NCBI RefSeq assembly: GCF_040938485.1
Contig: NW_027270925.1
Location: forward strand, 496,001 to 560,000
Direction: 5' to 3'
Length of the DNA: 64,000 bases
Source of the DNA: Diadema antillarum
Lineage: Eukaryota
Shown here: piece by piece, positions 24,477 to 36,084 of the stretch
Layout of the letters: each line of letters opens with the position of its first letter
How positions within the stretch are numbered: the stretch's first letter is position 1
The notes under the pieces: generated by a model
What the model saw: the letters and a program-made list of their open reading frames with translations, nothing else
Told to the model about the DNA's origin: nothing
Database searches by the model: none
Position numbers and translations under genes: made by a program

Positions 24477-25108
24477 ATATCATAACATATCACATCATAT
24501 CATATTATCTGTCATATCATATCATGTCATATCATAATCATATCACATCATATTACATCACATCACATCGTATCACATCACATCGCATCACACCACATCG
24601 TATCACATCACATCGTCAACACATCACATCGTTTCACATCACATCATATCACATCACATCGTATATCACATCACATCGTATCACACCACATCGTATATCA
24701 TATCACATCGTATCACATCTCATTGTATATCACATCACATCGTATCATATCACATCGTATCACATCACCTATATCACATCCTATATCACATCACATCGTA
24801 TCACATCACATCGTATCATATCACATCATGTCACATCGATTCATATCATATCGTATCGTATCGTATCGTATCGTATCATATCATAACGTATCAAATCACA
24901 TCGTATCATATCATATCGTACCATATCATATCATATCGTATCATATCACATCATATCGTATCATATCATATCGTGTCGTATTATATCACATCGTATCATA
25001 TCCTATCATATACCACATATCATGTCATTATTATATCATATCGTATCATATCGTATCGTATCATATCGTATCATATCGTATCACATCACATCACATCACA
25101 TCACATCA
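24477..25108. repeat. Complex pentanucleotide satellite ([T/C]ATC[A/G] units)
   Basis: About 630 bp of TATCA, CATCA, TATCG and CATCG units. Confidence 0.92.
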
Positions 25109-26045
25109 TGCTGGAAAAAAAAAAAACTCTCCGTGGCTATCAGCAAAGTGATGCTTTCGGGCTTTTAATACCCATTATACCAACCTCTTTTCTTAGTGTA
25201 TTATTCATTCATTCATTCATTCATTTATTTTTCATTATGAATGATCATGTTTAATGCTATTCATCTCTCACACTAAATATGTTTGACGTGTTGCCCATTT
25301 TGCATTGATTCAAGATACAGGAGCTTTCGCGTCTGTATCATGTTTACATTAACGAAAGAAGGCATGAACTTAAACAAATCAAAAATATCCCATCCACCCC
25401 CTCAAAAAAAAAAAAAAAAAGGCGATTCGCGTACACTCCACCATCGAAAAGATCAAAAGCAGCAACTTGATGACATTGCAAAGTCGAAAGCTATAAATTC
25501 TTCATCCGTTTAAAGTTTTGTTTAATGGGGAATAGGGGGACATTCATTTTCATTTCCTTCTGATTGTCTCAATTAAAATAATTTGGGGTCATACTGGGAC
25601 TCGTAAAAGATGATACATAATGAAACTGAAACCTTTCGGAGGAGAGACTGGACAGACACCAAATTCTTCGCCAAACAAAAATGAAACTTCGTCTCCTTCT
25701 TGTTACAAAGCAATGTACTACCTACTACATGTATATACAACTAAAAACTATACGAAAATCTGTAGCGCAAATGGGGAGGTTTGCTGACCAACGAGGGGAG
25801 GGGTCAATTTTAAGGGTAGATGGTATCCCACCCACCCCCGGCAAGAATCTCCGCCGGTAAAACTCTAGGAGAGTCATGGGTTTTGTTGTGATTATTAAAT
25901 GTTTATCTTTTTTTTTTGAAGAACCATATTGTAGCTGCCTCTCCTATACAACGAGAGATAGTACATTCAACATTAATATTCTGTACATTTGAACATTAAT
26001 GATGACTGGCGGGAGAGGGAACATACCGAATGTTCCACCCGAAGG

Positions 26046-26411
26046 GTTTGAAATGCTATTGAGGGAGGTTATAAGTCCCGAGACGAAGTCGAGGGCTTTA
26101 TAGCCTCCCGAAATAGCATTTCAAACGTTTGGTACATGTTCCCAACAACAAAAGTCATCATCTGTTCTATTATACGGGTCAGTCAAATACGTCAACGTCA
26201 ACCACCAGCACAACGCACTCGATCGCTCGCGCAGAGCCAAATTCACTGTGCGCGCTCGGGTCCATTTGTTACGTGAAAATGTTTTCCCATGGGAGACCAT
26301 TACAAAAATGTTCTGCCCATGGGCGAACATAACCAATGTGCCTCCATCACGTGACTGTGTTTAGCCAATCACTAACCGGTATTTGACTAACCCATTTAAT
26401 ATAGTCAAATA
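26046..26411. mobile_element. Unclassified hairpin-bearing element
   Basis: 81-nt hairpin at 26046-26126, CpG-rich core with CACGTGAC and CCAATC, and a terminal 10-bp inverted repeat TATTTGACTA/TAGTCAAATA (26380-26411). Confidence 0.5.
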
Positions 26412-27251
26412 ATAGCCAAACACACGCGCACCGTGATTAATTATGACATATTTGGTTTATAATTCGCACAATAGGTTCACGAACTGTGGACTTGACTTTC
26501 CTCATCGAACTTCATCTACCCCACGCTCGTATTTAAGATATACAGCACATCGAGGACTGAAAGCAAAAACAAACAAAACAAAACAAAACAAAACACAAAC
26601 AAATAGTGTGACGTAACCAGAAGGGGAATCTTAATTTCTCCAGAAAATATGTGCAGGCCTACTTAATAATGAGCAAATAAAATGATAATGCTTGTTCAAA
26701 TCATTACCATTGTGGTAGATATTGCTCTTGCCAGCAGTTATAGATTTTAACAATGATATAAACGATGACAACAACATAGAACAGTGTGGCGTCAATAATA
26801 ATGACAAATGATCATAATGACTCTGGCTATACACGTTCTCTGCTTCTACTGTCGCATAGCATGCAAGCCAAGGACACTATAGCATGGTATCTACCAGTGC
26901 ATGACCATGATTCTGCACCTCAGCATATCAAGATTATCATATTTCGTCCCTATAGGTAAACCATAATAGCTGAAAATATAATGATGATGATAACCAAATA
27001 ATAATAGCAAATGATAACGCTAATCATCAAGATGTTTTTATCGTTACATTATTAATGAGAATAAAGGTAAGATGAGCGATAAATATCATCAACATCAGAT
27101 TGATCAATTAGCCTAGTTTTTACACATAAATCGGTTTCACAGCTGCATGTTTACAAGAGGAATAGCAGGAGAATCAAAGAGCTAAATTGGTCTTCTTAGG
27201 ATAATATTGTCTTCCAAAACTGAATGCAAGTGAAAGGGATTATATATAGTT

Positions 27252-27575
27252 TTGGTTGAGACGGACAGGTTTCTAATATTTTTTGTGAGATGATAAGAAA
27301 CCTCTCATGAAACATGAAAGAACATAACGTACTTCCAAGAGGAATCCACCATTATTCATTTGACGAAAATTGGTTTTGAAATATATGGCTGAGATATCCA
27401 AAACAGAGAGCGATCCTAACAGAAAAGTGGGACCTAACTTTTATTTCGATCGCTCTGTTTTACTTTGTCTTTGGATATCTCAGCCATTCCAAAACCAATT
27501 TTCATCAAATGAAGTTTGAATTCTTAGATTGGTATGCTCTGTGCTATGTCATAAGTGGTTTCTTGATATCGCTCA
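27252..27575. mobile_element. Fold-back MITE remnant related to 28152-28529
   Basis: Shares TTGGTTTTGAAAT..GGCTGAGATATCC / GGATATCTCAGCCATT..AAAACCAATTTTCATCAAAT inverted blocks; termini eroded. Confidence 0.55.
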
Positions 27576-27929
27576 TTCCTCATCTCTACCGATACTTAGT
27601 GTATCCCTTGAAGGTGCCATGTTTGATTGAAGCTGACCTGTAGTCGAGAAGCGAGGTGCCCGAGATTGGGGAGCAAAGTCAGCTGTCACTGTAATAGATG
27701 TTTATAGAGCGAGTACATGGAGAATGCGTGCTCATCGTCTGCAATGCTGATGAATGAAAAACCGAGTCGGCCAAAGTGGCAAGGTGAAGGATGAGTTCTG
27801 AATACGCTTGAAAGTCATGACCATAGTTTCAATTGAATTTAAATGGTAGATATGAGTGTTGTTTTCAGTGGGAGCAAATGCATGGATCACATATAGGCCT
27901 AGGCCTTCTCAATCTTAAACTCGTTTTTA

Positions 27930-28133
27930 ACCGGGACCTACGCTCAACAAGCTCGCTTTTAAGTAGGTTCCTTCATATTTCTTTAGCATTCATTCACAGA
28001 TTCCAAAGTTAACAGATCGACCACTATTATGTTTTACATATTTGTAATATTCTATGTATGTCATGTATTTCATTTAATTTTGTTATATTTGATGTAATTT
28101 TTGAAAATAAATGAAAATAAATTGAAATTGAAA
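27930..28133 (+). mobile_element. Probable CR1-type LINE 3' UTR remnant
   Basis: T-rich stretch ending in AATAAA followed by a (TTGAAA)2 tail. Confidence 0.3.
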
Positions 28134-28151
28134 TAGATGCTTAAAAAATTT

Positions 28152-28529
28152 AGGTTGTGTACAGTTCTGGTCGAGGCGAGGTTTTAGCTTTTAACATTTT
28201 GGGAGATATTAAGAAACCACTCTGAGATGTCAAAGAGCACGCAATTCTAAGGGATATCAAAAGTTTATTTGACAAAAATGGGTTTCGAAATGGTTGAGAT
28301 ATCCAAAAGCAAGGTGAAACAAAGAGATCATAATAAAAGGCGTGGCCTGTCGCCTTTTATTATTATTACTTTTTGTTATATCTCAGCCATTTGAAAACCA
28401 ATTTTCATCAAATGTTGAATCCTTCTTAAAATTACATGCTTTTTCATATTTCATAAGAGATTTCTCATTATCTCACTTAGGAATGTTCAAAACATGAATC
28501 CCAACCTCAACCAGTACTGTACAGTCCCT
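28152..28529. mobile_element. Kolobok-like fold-back MITE
   Basis: AGGTTGTGTACAGTTCTGGTCGAGG ... CCTCAACCAGTACTGTACAGTCCCT|TTAA; AGG/CCT ends with a TTAA-type flank. Confidence 0.65.
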
Positions 28530-29059
28530 TTAAGCAACTTAGACCGATTGGGCCTACTCTATGCTTTAAGTAGATATACTGATTCAAATCAGGCCGCGAG
28601 AATAGAAGTTCCATCTAAATCTAACCGATAAGAGAATAATAGGATTTTAAAGTTTCACATGTTCTAGCGTGGCTTTCACGAGTCATGTTACACCACGTAG
28701 GCCCACATAATCATAGATTAGGAGAGGCGACAATACAGATCAACTCACTGTAATATCATAACAAATCAGATCTTAAGTCATCTTTAAGATCATAATAATT
28801 TATGTTTAAAAAACTTATAACATAACAAGCAAACATACAACTTTGCTTTTGTTATCCCCATCCTCTTTCTTGTATTTATACAGCTGTTTGTGATAATTTA
28901 TACATGTTCATCTGAATTATCATGTTAACGCAGTATTGTAGGCACCCCCTACTGTTTGTTACTATTTTTAATCTCAGTTGTGTTTTGTTAATATTTTACC
29001 TTGAATAGAATACATCGTAATTATTTTCAGCACTATAGTTATGACTGGAGACACTAACA

Positions 29060-29140
29060 TTGATGATGATGATGATGATGACCCACAGCATTTGTATGGC
29101 GCCATAAATCTGTCATAGAAACATTCAAAGGCGCAGACAT
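29060..29140 (-). mobile_element. L2-type 3' tail fragment
   Basis: Minus strand reads GCGCCTTTGAA...ATGGCGCCATACAAAT...(TCA)n, the same architecture as the 14015 tail. Confidence 0.55.
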
Positions 29141-29392
29141 TGCACAAGGTCATCAACGCTGGGCATTTCATGAAGAAATGAGTTTGCATAATAGAACCAG
29201 TCAAGCCATTCGTTTCCCTCTTTTCATCTCTGTCATTTATTTTTCTTCATATCTCCTTGCAATTTCGTCCAGTCTTGCAATGAAAATATAAGAACACAGG
29301 ACAACTGGTGCTTATCAATCCAATCGTATCGCATTGTTCAAGAATCAGCATCGCACGCACTCAGTACGAAGTGGTGGTGATAAGCGTGTCAA

Positions 29393-29434
29393 CCAATCAA
29401 CGATCGCCCAGCGAGCGACCGTGGGATTTTCAAA
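29393..29434 (+). promoter_or_regulatory. CCAAT box plus reverse CHR element in the RhoGAP promoter
   Basis: CCAAT at 29393-29397 and TTCAAA at 29429-29434, 60-100 bp upstream of the ATG in a CpG-rich context. Confidence 0.45.
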
Positions 29435-29493
29435 CTTTATGTTGACATGATATGACGAGAGAGTGACTGCAGTAATAAAACATCGTTGCCAAT

Positions 29494-29616
29494 ATGACGT
29501 TTTCTTGGGAAATCGACGACGTTGAATCACTTCAGCTCATCGTGAAACGAGAACTGAAAAACTTAGGTATAAGAATATCCAAGAAGAAAGACGTAAATCG
29601 CAGTTTTCAGGCTCAC
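29494..29616 (+). CDS. ARHGAP11A: ARHGAP11A-like RhoGAP, coding exon 1
   Basis: MTFSWEIDDVESLQLIVKRELKNLGIRISK resembles the ARHGAP11A N-terminus (LVRLALLQHLRAFYGIKVK, from memory). GTAAGT donor, phase 0. Confidence 0.75.
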
Positions 29617-29985
29617 GTAAGTTTGGAAATTTCGATGTTTTATTCTTCGTTTGTGGTGATCTGTGATATCGATATGGTACGTGTAGCGATGTGTGTTGTG
29701 GGTTAGTCCCAAACGCGTTTTCCTGTGTCTTCCCAAATACGAAGTGGAGTACATGTATGGACACTCTGTACGCGCACGCCGACCGTACTGTGCCTGGCTG
29801 ACCTGCGGCTGTTATGGAACGCCACGGTAGCCGTTGATGGTCGATAAACAAGTTAGCTACGTAAAGTTGAACCATCTTCTGTGATCATCATCTGATCACA
29901 TTATGAGGGCAATTCCATGAAAAATGGTACCCAGGGTGAGAAAGTGAAAATCAACATGATCAACATCAAGAAACAACTTACCTAG

Positions 29986-30817
29986 ACAGAAAGATCCGTC
30001 TGTCCGGATCCGGAGGACTCTTTTATATTTACAGGGGATCCGTGAAGCCAGACACAGTCTCCGCGGAACATTTCCCCGACGGACAGATACAGACCGATCT
30101 TTCGGTCAACAACTTACCCTGCTGGAAATATTCAGGAAGGGCCTAGGGTTAAGCATAGAACTTAGAATAGATACCGGTAACTTAAACTAACTAAAAACTA
30201 GGTTCTAAATTCAGACAGAAAAATTGATCTGTTTGTCCGGAGGAGTGTTTTATTACGTGGTACTAGAATCATTTTTTGACTTTTTATCGGCTTTCCTCAG
30301 CTCAGCCTCAGGAGAGGATTCTGTGAAGCCAGACACAGTCTGCGTGACAGGCCACGACGACCAGCAGATACAGTCAAACATTACAGATATCTTTCGGTCA
30401 AAACTTAATTTAACTGCGACCAGCCCAAACGTGATTGCGAACAATTTTCAACAGTTGAATTACAACAAAGGGGCGGATCCATATCCAGGAATTCTGGAAA
30501 GGAAGGGGGGTGCAAAATAAAAAGATTCTTATTAAAGGGGGATGCACGTACCTTCTTTCATTTTCTTCTTTTTATTTCTTTTGTTCTAACAAAAAATAAA
30601 GGGGGCGCCCGGTGCGCCCCCTAGATCCGCCACTGCAACTGTACGAGAGGGAGCGCCCCGTATAGTATGTCATATCGTGCTACTAGTATGAGACAGAAAA
30701 ATCTCTGTCCGGAGGAGTTTTCATCATTTCTTGACAACGACTCTCCTCGGAGGGGATTCCGTGAAGCCAGACATTGTCTCTGCGGGACATATCCTCACCG
30801 ACCAGTCTTTCAGTCAA
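29986..30817 (+). repeat. Three dispersed diverged direct repeats (~125-185 bp) in RhoGAP intron 1
   Basis: ACAGAAA..TGTCCGGA ... GTGAAGCCAGACA (30042, 30323, 30761) ... TCTTTC(G/A)GTCAA. Confidence 0.7.
30468..30635 (+). mobile_element. CAGGGG/CCACTG MITE, copy 4
   Basis: AAGGGGCGGATCC ... GATCCGCCACTG; left end slightly altered and TSD ambiguous (CAACA/CAACT). Confidence 0.75.
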
Positions 30818-30880
30818 TAGTAACTAGAGCTAGGAACACAGTAGTTCGAAGGCTTTGGCCTGTTAATATGGGGGAATGTA

Positions 30881-31403
30881 CTGTATACGCTATATATTTC
30901 GCGGGGGTTTCATTTTCGCGAATTTTGCGAGTCGGGAGCTATTCGCGAAATTAACAACACGAGAAAATGTTACCTTCCAAAATGAATCCCTTGCCTTGAT
31001 GATACGAACATTTCAGTACTAGTATACCATATCACGGCTTACGTTACAGACCATACTGGCTAAGCTTGTTTACGCACGTCCACGTCTACTTACGAATACT
31101 GTAGAGACCCAATCCATTATCGCAAGGGGACCACTCGTCAGAAATCTAGAACGGTTATCGTGATGGACTTAACCACTTCAAAAATGTTGAATTCTAACTT
31201 ACTAGTTCGCAGAGTTTGGTAAGTTTTTTTCATGCAGTGTATAACTAGTATCATTCTTATTTGCTAGTAAGTTGAAAATTCACACTTTCTTTGTCACTTC
31301 ATATTTTCTCTGGTCCCCCAATCGCGAATTTAACCACTCGCGAAAATGTGTGACAGCGGCAATTCGCGAAAATTTATGTACGCGAAAATTATAGCGTATA
31401 CAG
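30881..31403. mobile_element. TA-flanked MITE (Tc1/mariner-pogo-like)
   Basis: TA|CTGTATACGCTATA.ATTTCGCG ... CGCGAAAATTATAGCGTATACAG|TA with subterminal TTCGCGAA repeats. Confidence 0.8.
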
Positions 31404-31532
31404 TATGCTGATAGGTAACGATAGTGAGAAGTTTGTTTCCACGTTTATAGTATCCTCATCCTTGTCACAATGTCATTTATTTGTCTTAGCCTTTCATACA
31501 TTACAAGTGCAGACTTTGTATCATTTCTCCAG

Positions 31533-31621
31533 GAGTCAGCAAATACATTGGCGCTCTTTGGGAAGACCCTGAAGGCATATTCCATCATCAAAGATGAAAG
31601 CTCCCATTGCTGTGTTCCAAG
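31533..31621 (+). CDS. ARHGAP11A: RhoGAP exon 2 (ESANTLALFGKTL...CCVP)
   Basis: TTCTCCAG acceptor and GTAAGA donor; phase 0 to 2; contains the FG motif that opens the GAP domain. Confidence 0.85.
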
Positions 31622-31849
31622 GTAAGAACATTGATCTAGGTTTTAATGTGAATTGAATTACTGTTTGATAAAGCAAAAATGATTTACAGACAGAGCTAAA
31701 ATGACAATATACCGAACTAATACACATGCATTGCCATACACTGAATCATGATGACCAGTATTATACAGCAATATCGTTCTACATATTATCCTGAGTAAAT
31801 CAATGAAGTTTTGGAACATTTGATTTTTGATTTTTTTTTTTTACAATAA

Positions 31850-32048
31850 CAGAGCTGCCAAATCTCCCTGATTCTGCAGGAGTCTCCCTGAAAATGTCAA
31901 AATCTGTTCATGTCTGAATAAGAGAATATTAAAATCTCCTTGATTTGGAAATTATTTTTGCTCATTGAAATGCATGTAACACACAGATATCTCCCTGATT
32001 GCTGTGTGGAATCTCCCTGATTTTGATGTGGGAATGTTGGCAGACCTG
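31850..32048. mobile_element. CAG-ended MITE with TCTCCCTGA subterminal repeats
   Basis: CAGAGCTGCCAA ... TTGGCAGACCTG, flanked by CAATAA/CAATAA. Confidence 0.75.
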
Positions 32049-32257
32049 CAATAATCTCTGATCCTTTTACATAAAAAGAGAATATCCATTACAAACCTGA
32101 GCCTAAAGATACTGCTTCATTTAATTAAATCTAATTCCTATCTTATTGCTGTTGTGGAATATAAAGCTCATATGTGTGATATTGCAAAAAATTGATTACA
32201 CATACATATATATGCATGTGTACGAGCTAAGTCCATGTATCTTACCTCTCTTTAAAG

Positions 32258-32354
32258 GTTTCTGGTGGAGTGCGTCACATTTCTTGACAAGCATTTGAAG
32301 CAGGAGGGTATCTTTCGTGTTTCTGGCTCCAAGGCAAGGCAGAAGTTGCTACAG
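32258..32354 (+). CDS. ARHGAP11A: RhoGAP exon 3 with arginine finger (EGIFRVSG)
   Basis: FLVECVTFLDKHLKQEGIFRVSGSKARQKLLQ; phase 2 to 0; AG/GT boundaries. Confidence 0.92.
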
Positions 32355-33175
32355 GTAACTTGATATGTTGTGTGATTATCTTTTATTTTGTTTTCTCACA
32401 TCTTGTTTTTGCTCTTTCGACTTGACCCTTGAAAGGAATGTATTGAATTGCTAGTCCCTTTCTTCCTCAAAACTGCTACTCAGTGAAAGTATGTTTTTGA
32501 AGACATTCTTTTACAGCTGCGTTCTATAACAGTACAAACTGCAGGTCAACTGTAAAGCATTCCTGCTAGGTAACATTATAATGTTTTGGCAATCCAGTCG
32601 ATTTTTTTTTTCTTTTTCATGCAAAGGTGTCACACTTGTGTCAACTTTTTGGATAGAAGAATGGTTGCAGCGCATGTGTATGATTGATGTACCATAAATT
32701 GTTATGCATTAGTTCACTAACACAAAATTATGTGGAGCATCAATTAGGTAATAAAGGTCTGTCCATGCCTACAATTGACAATTGTGTCATCTTGCCTCTG
32801 TATCAGAAAATGTCATTTATATCTGTGATGATTGCATCATGATGAATAATCATGTGCAACATTTTTTTTTAAATAAAGCCTGTTTGTTTTTGTTATGTAT
32901 TTTTGTGTGATAACATGCATTGATACTTTTTGAAGGAGGGCTTCTCAGAGATGGATTGCATACTTCCGGCAGGCTGGTGGTCGATGAGGGATTTGAGCAT
33001 CAGATATAGACAAGCTGATTTTTTTTAAAATTGATTATTCCTATTATTTATTATTATTATTTTTTTTGCATGACATCCTAAACCAAAAAATTTGAGCACC
33101 ATGGCAAGAACTATTTTGGATTATCCATTCCGCAGGAAAAACTAAAAAACAAAAAAAGAAGCCAAAAAAGTATCA

Positions 33176-33336
33176 GGGCAATTATCCCCCCCCCCCCCCC
33201 CGATAGTGGTTAGTGATACACTTGTATGAGGTGAGAGTAAAGAGTAGGGTTAGGGTTCGGTTTAGGGTTAGGGTTAGGGTTAGGTTTAGGATGAGGATTG
33301 GGGTTAGGGTCAGGGAAGGGTCTGGGGTAGTTGCCC
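33176..33336. repeat. Short inverted-repeat element containing interstitial TTAGGG-like repeats
   Basis: GGGCAATTATCCC ... GGGTAGTTGCCC enclosing (GGGTTA)n variants at ~33246-33312. Confidence 0.65.
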
Positions 33337-33459
33337 AGGGGGTAAAGAAAAAAGAAGGCACTGTTGTCATTGTAGAACATGGCAGCTGCACCCTCCTTTA
33401 GGTAAGAAAATCATGGAACACTGAATTGAAGTGTATTGCACATGATTTCTTTCTTACAG

Positions 33460-34048
33460 CAAAAATTGGAGAACGGCCACCCGATTCCTCAGGATGCCAA
33501 TGCAGCTGATGTCTGCAGCCTCTTCAAGCAGTTCTTCCGGAGCCTGCAGGAACCGCTGCTCACGCCCCGCCTCCAGAGCGCCCTCCTGAAGGGCCACCAA
33601 TCGGATGATGCCACGGAGCAGCGCTGGATCATCCTCAACATTTGCTACCTCCTGCCGCCGCTCCACCTCCAGACCCTGCGATTCCTCATGCTCTTCCTGC
33701 ACAAGGTCGGTGCCCAGAACGAGCACAACCGCATGGATGCCTCCAATCTGGCAAAGGTCTTCACGCCGAACATCATGGGTGAGATCACGCCGGCGGACAA
33801 GAAGAATCCTGACAGAGTGATCGCCCTGCAGACATCGGTCGTCAAGGTGATGATAGAGAATGCCAAGCTGATCGGGGAGGTGCCTGATTGGATGATGGAC
33901 AGAGTTATGATTGCCGGCCACGGCCGTTCAAGAGAACACCTGGATCGTCTGACGTCGGAGGATGAGCTGGAGAAAAGTGATGATAACCTTGAGGACTCCA
34001 GCCGTTCTGTGAAGAGGCGGAGAAGGAAAAGTGGTTCATCTTTCCAAG
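33460..34048 (+). CDS. ARHGAP11A: RhoGAP exon 4 (GAP domain core)
   Basis: DVCSLFKQFFRSLQEPLL...NRMDASNLAKVFTPNI...IGEVPDW...KRRRRKS; phase 0 to 1. Confidence 0.95.
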
Positions 34049-35743
34049 GTTAGGCATATGGCACCAAGTCCCTTTATACTGAAATATATGTGACATACAT
34101 TGTATGATCTATTATGTATTTCAGAAACAATATTTCTCTCAATGAATTTAAAGCACAGGGTAACTGTTTTCAAAATGAGTCTGTTATCAAAATTGCCGAC
34201 TCAAAAACCCAGTCAAAATTTAATTTTATTGTCATTGATACTTTTTCATTCTGATAATAATGCACAGTTTATTAAAGGAGTATGCTAAACCCAGTCAGTG
34301 TAACCCAACACGAGATAAGTTGGGGGGGGGGGGGGGGCATAGATAATATTTTGGCCTTGAAAGCATTGTACAGTACAAGTACACTCCTCCCTATTTCAGG
34401 AGCATTAAATGCTGATCAATACCTCATGGTTCATTGACTTGTGATGATTAACTAATGGAATGGCTTGCTCTATTAAAGAGTGACAAAGGCAAGCATGCAC
34501 TTAGGGTAACTCATCAGTGTCACACTTTTGTAAATAAATTTGGAGAGAGATTACATACCCATAACAGCAGTCTCTCTTTACATTATAGACTAGCATTGCT
34601 GTATTTCACATCCTTCAGAACCATGACTGTAGTGTTACTTCTCCAATAGGAACAAGTTATCTCTAGACCTACTTTCTCTCACAGAAGAAAGTAAAGCAAA
34701 TATCAAATAACATGCAATGACCAGAGGGAAGGAAAAAAAGACATGTGTGATGGCATGTTATGTGACATTCTAATCCCGTATTGGTTAAACTTGTCAGTGT
34801 AAGAGAAACCCATCTTCCTTCATGGAACAAATGCACATTATCAAACGAAGACTGAAACATCAGTGACTTTGTGGAATACTGCAAAACCAGAAATTTTTGC
34901 ATTCATGAAACTTTCAAGAATTTTGTGAAGGGTAAAATGCACCCAAAAGTTTTTGTCTATGCAATGCATTTAATGCCAGTGCAGTGCTCTACGCCATCAT
35001 GGTCAGACATTAGGGAAAATTTTATGACACACACGCACAAAAAAAACATCGTCTCCAATTTGCAAAAATTTCATGCTGCGATTGTTTCAGGTTTTGCAGT
35101 GTTCAACTCATCGTTGACGAAATCAAAGCAGTGCAATCAATCTAAAACATCTCAACTACAGTTCAATGCCTATACTTTTAGAGAGATTTTGTATGCCAAA
35201 GTCAGCTGTGATATAAATCTTATTTGAAGATAGAGTCTCTTGATATTTTTTGACTTCCAATATTATGTCTGATGACTACATTTTGCCCAACAGTCTCCCT
35301 CTAACGTCTCAATTCTAATAATCACACCCGAAGAAGCCAAGTTTTCCTAATTCTGCAGGAATATCTGTAGCCAAAAGCAAAAGCAAAACAAAACAAACAA
35401 TGAATTTTGCCTACTGAATTGTATACAACGCACTCTCTCAGCAATGTTAAATGTGAATGTTACATTGCAACCCTGCACCTGTTACATGTCAGAATGTACA
35501 ATTGTATTGGGTCCAGAAGTTGAATAATTGTAAGGTTTTATACTAAAAGTAACTCTGAACTACCTTGGAGATTTGGACCATAATCTACTAGTAAATGTGG
35601 ATGTATGTAAAACACCAGGAATTGATAGACTTCATTTAACTTGAGATGATTGAAAGTAAAATGTCAATGAAATGTCATCATGTTAGTGATAACTCTGTAT
35701 CTTTTTAACACTGCATACCAACACTTTGTAATGTTTCTTACAG

Positions 35744-35797
35744 TTCTTGTGAATGGTCTTGGTCACAGCCTTGGTATTCGCAATGGCCCAGCTTCTG
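35744..35797 (+). CDS. ARHGAP11A: RhoGAP exon 5 (54 nt, VLVNGLGHSLGIRNGPAS)
   Basis: TTCTTACAG acceptor and GTAAGT donor; phase 1 to 1. Confidence 0.75.
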
Positions 35798-36025
35798 GTA
35801 AGTGTACAATCTGTATGAACATACATGTACATCTCCCTTTGATCAAATGCTATCATATTGATTACGTATACAATGTAAATGAAGATGGATTCTACCCAAC
35901 TTTACAGTGTTGATGTTGCAGTGAAAAGCACTTGTAATTGTTAGGCAAGTGATCAATGATGATTGCTCAAACTAAACTTACATATCTAGGTTGGGGTATT
36001 AATCACATTCAGTAGTAGCTTAAGT

Positions 36026-36043
36026 TTTGTTTGTTTGTTTGTT

Positions 36044-36082
<39 letters not shown>
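36026..36082. repeat. (GTTT)n-(GT)n microsatellite
   Basis: Direct reading of the sequence. Confidence 0.9.

Positions 36083-36084
<2 letters not shown>

Noticed and set aside
24449-25254. His/Ile/Tyr/Ser-rich ORFs of 93-145 aa
   Set aside because: Translations of the pentanucleotide satellite, which lacks stops in several frames. The same applies to ORFs over the microsatellites at 4874, 9680-10172 and 47831-48200.
33246-33312. True telomere or chromosome fusion site
   Set aside because: Short, degenerate, single-orientation array inside an intron and enclosed by a small inverted repeat.
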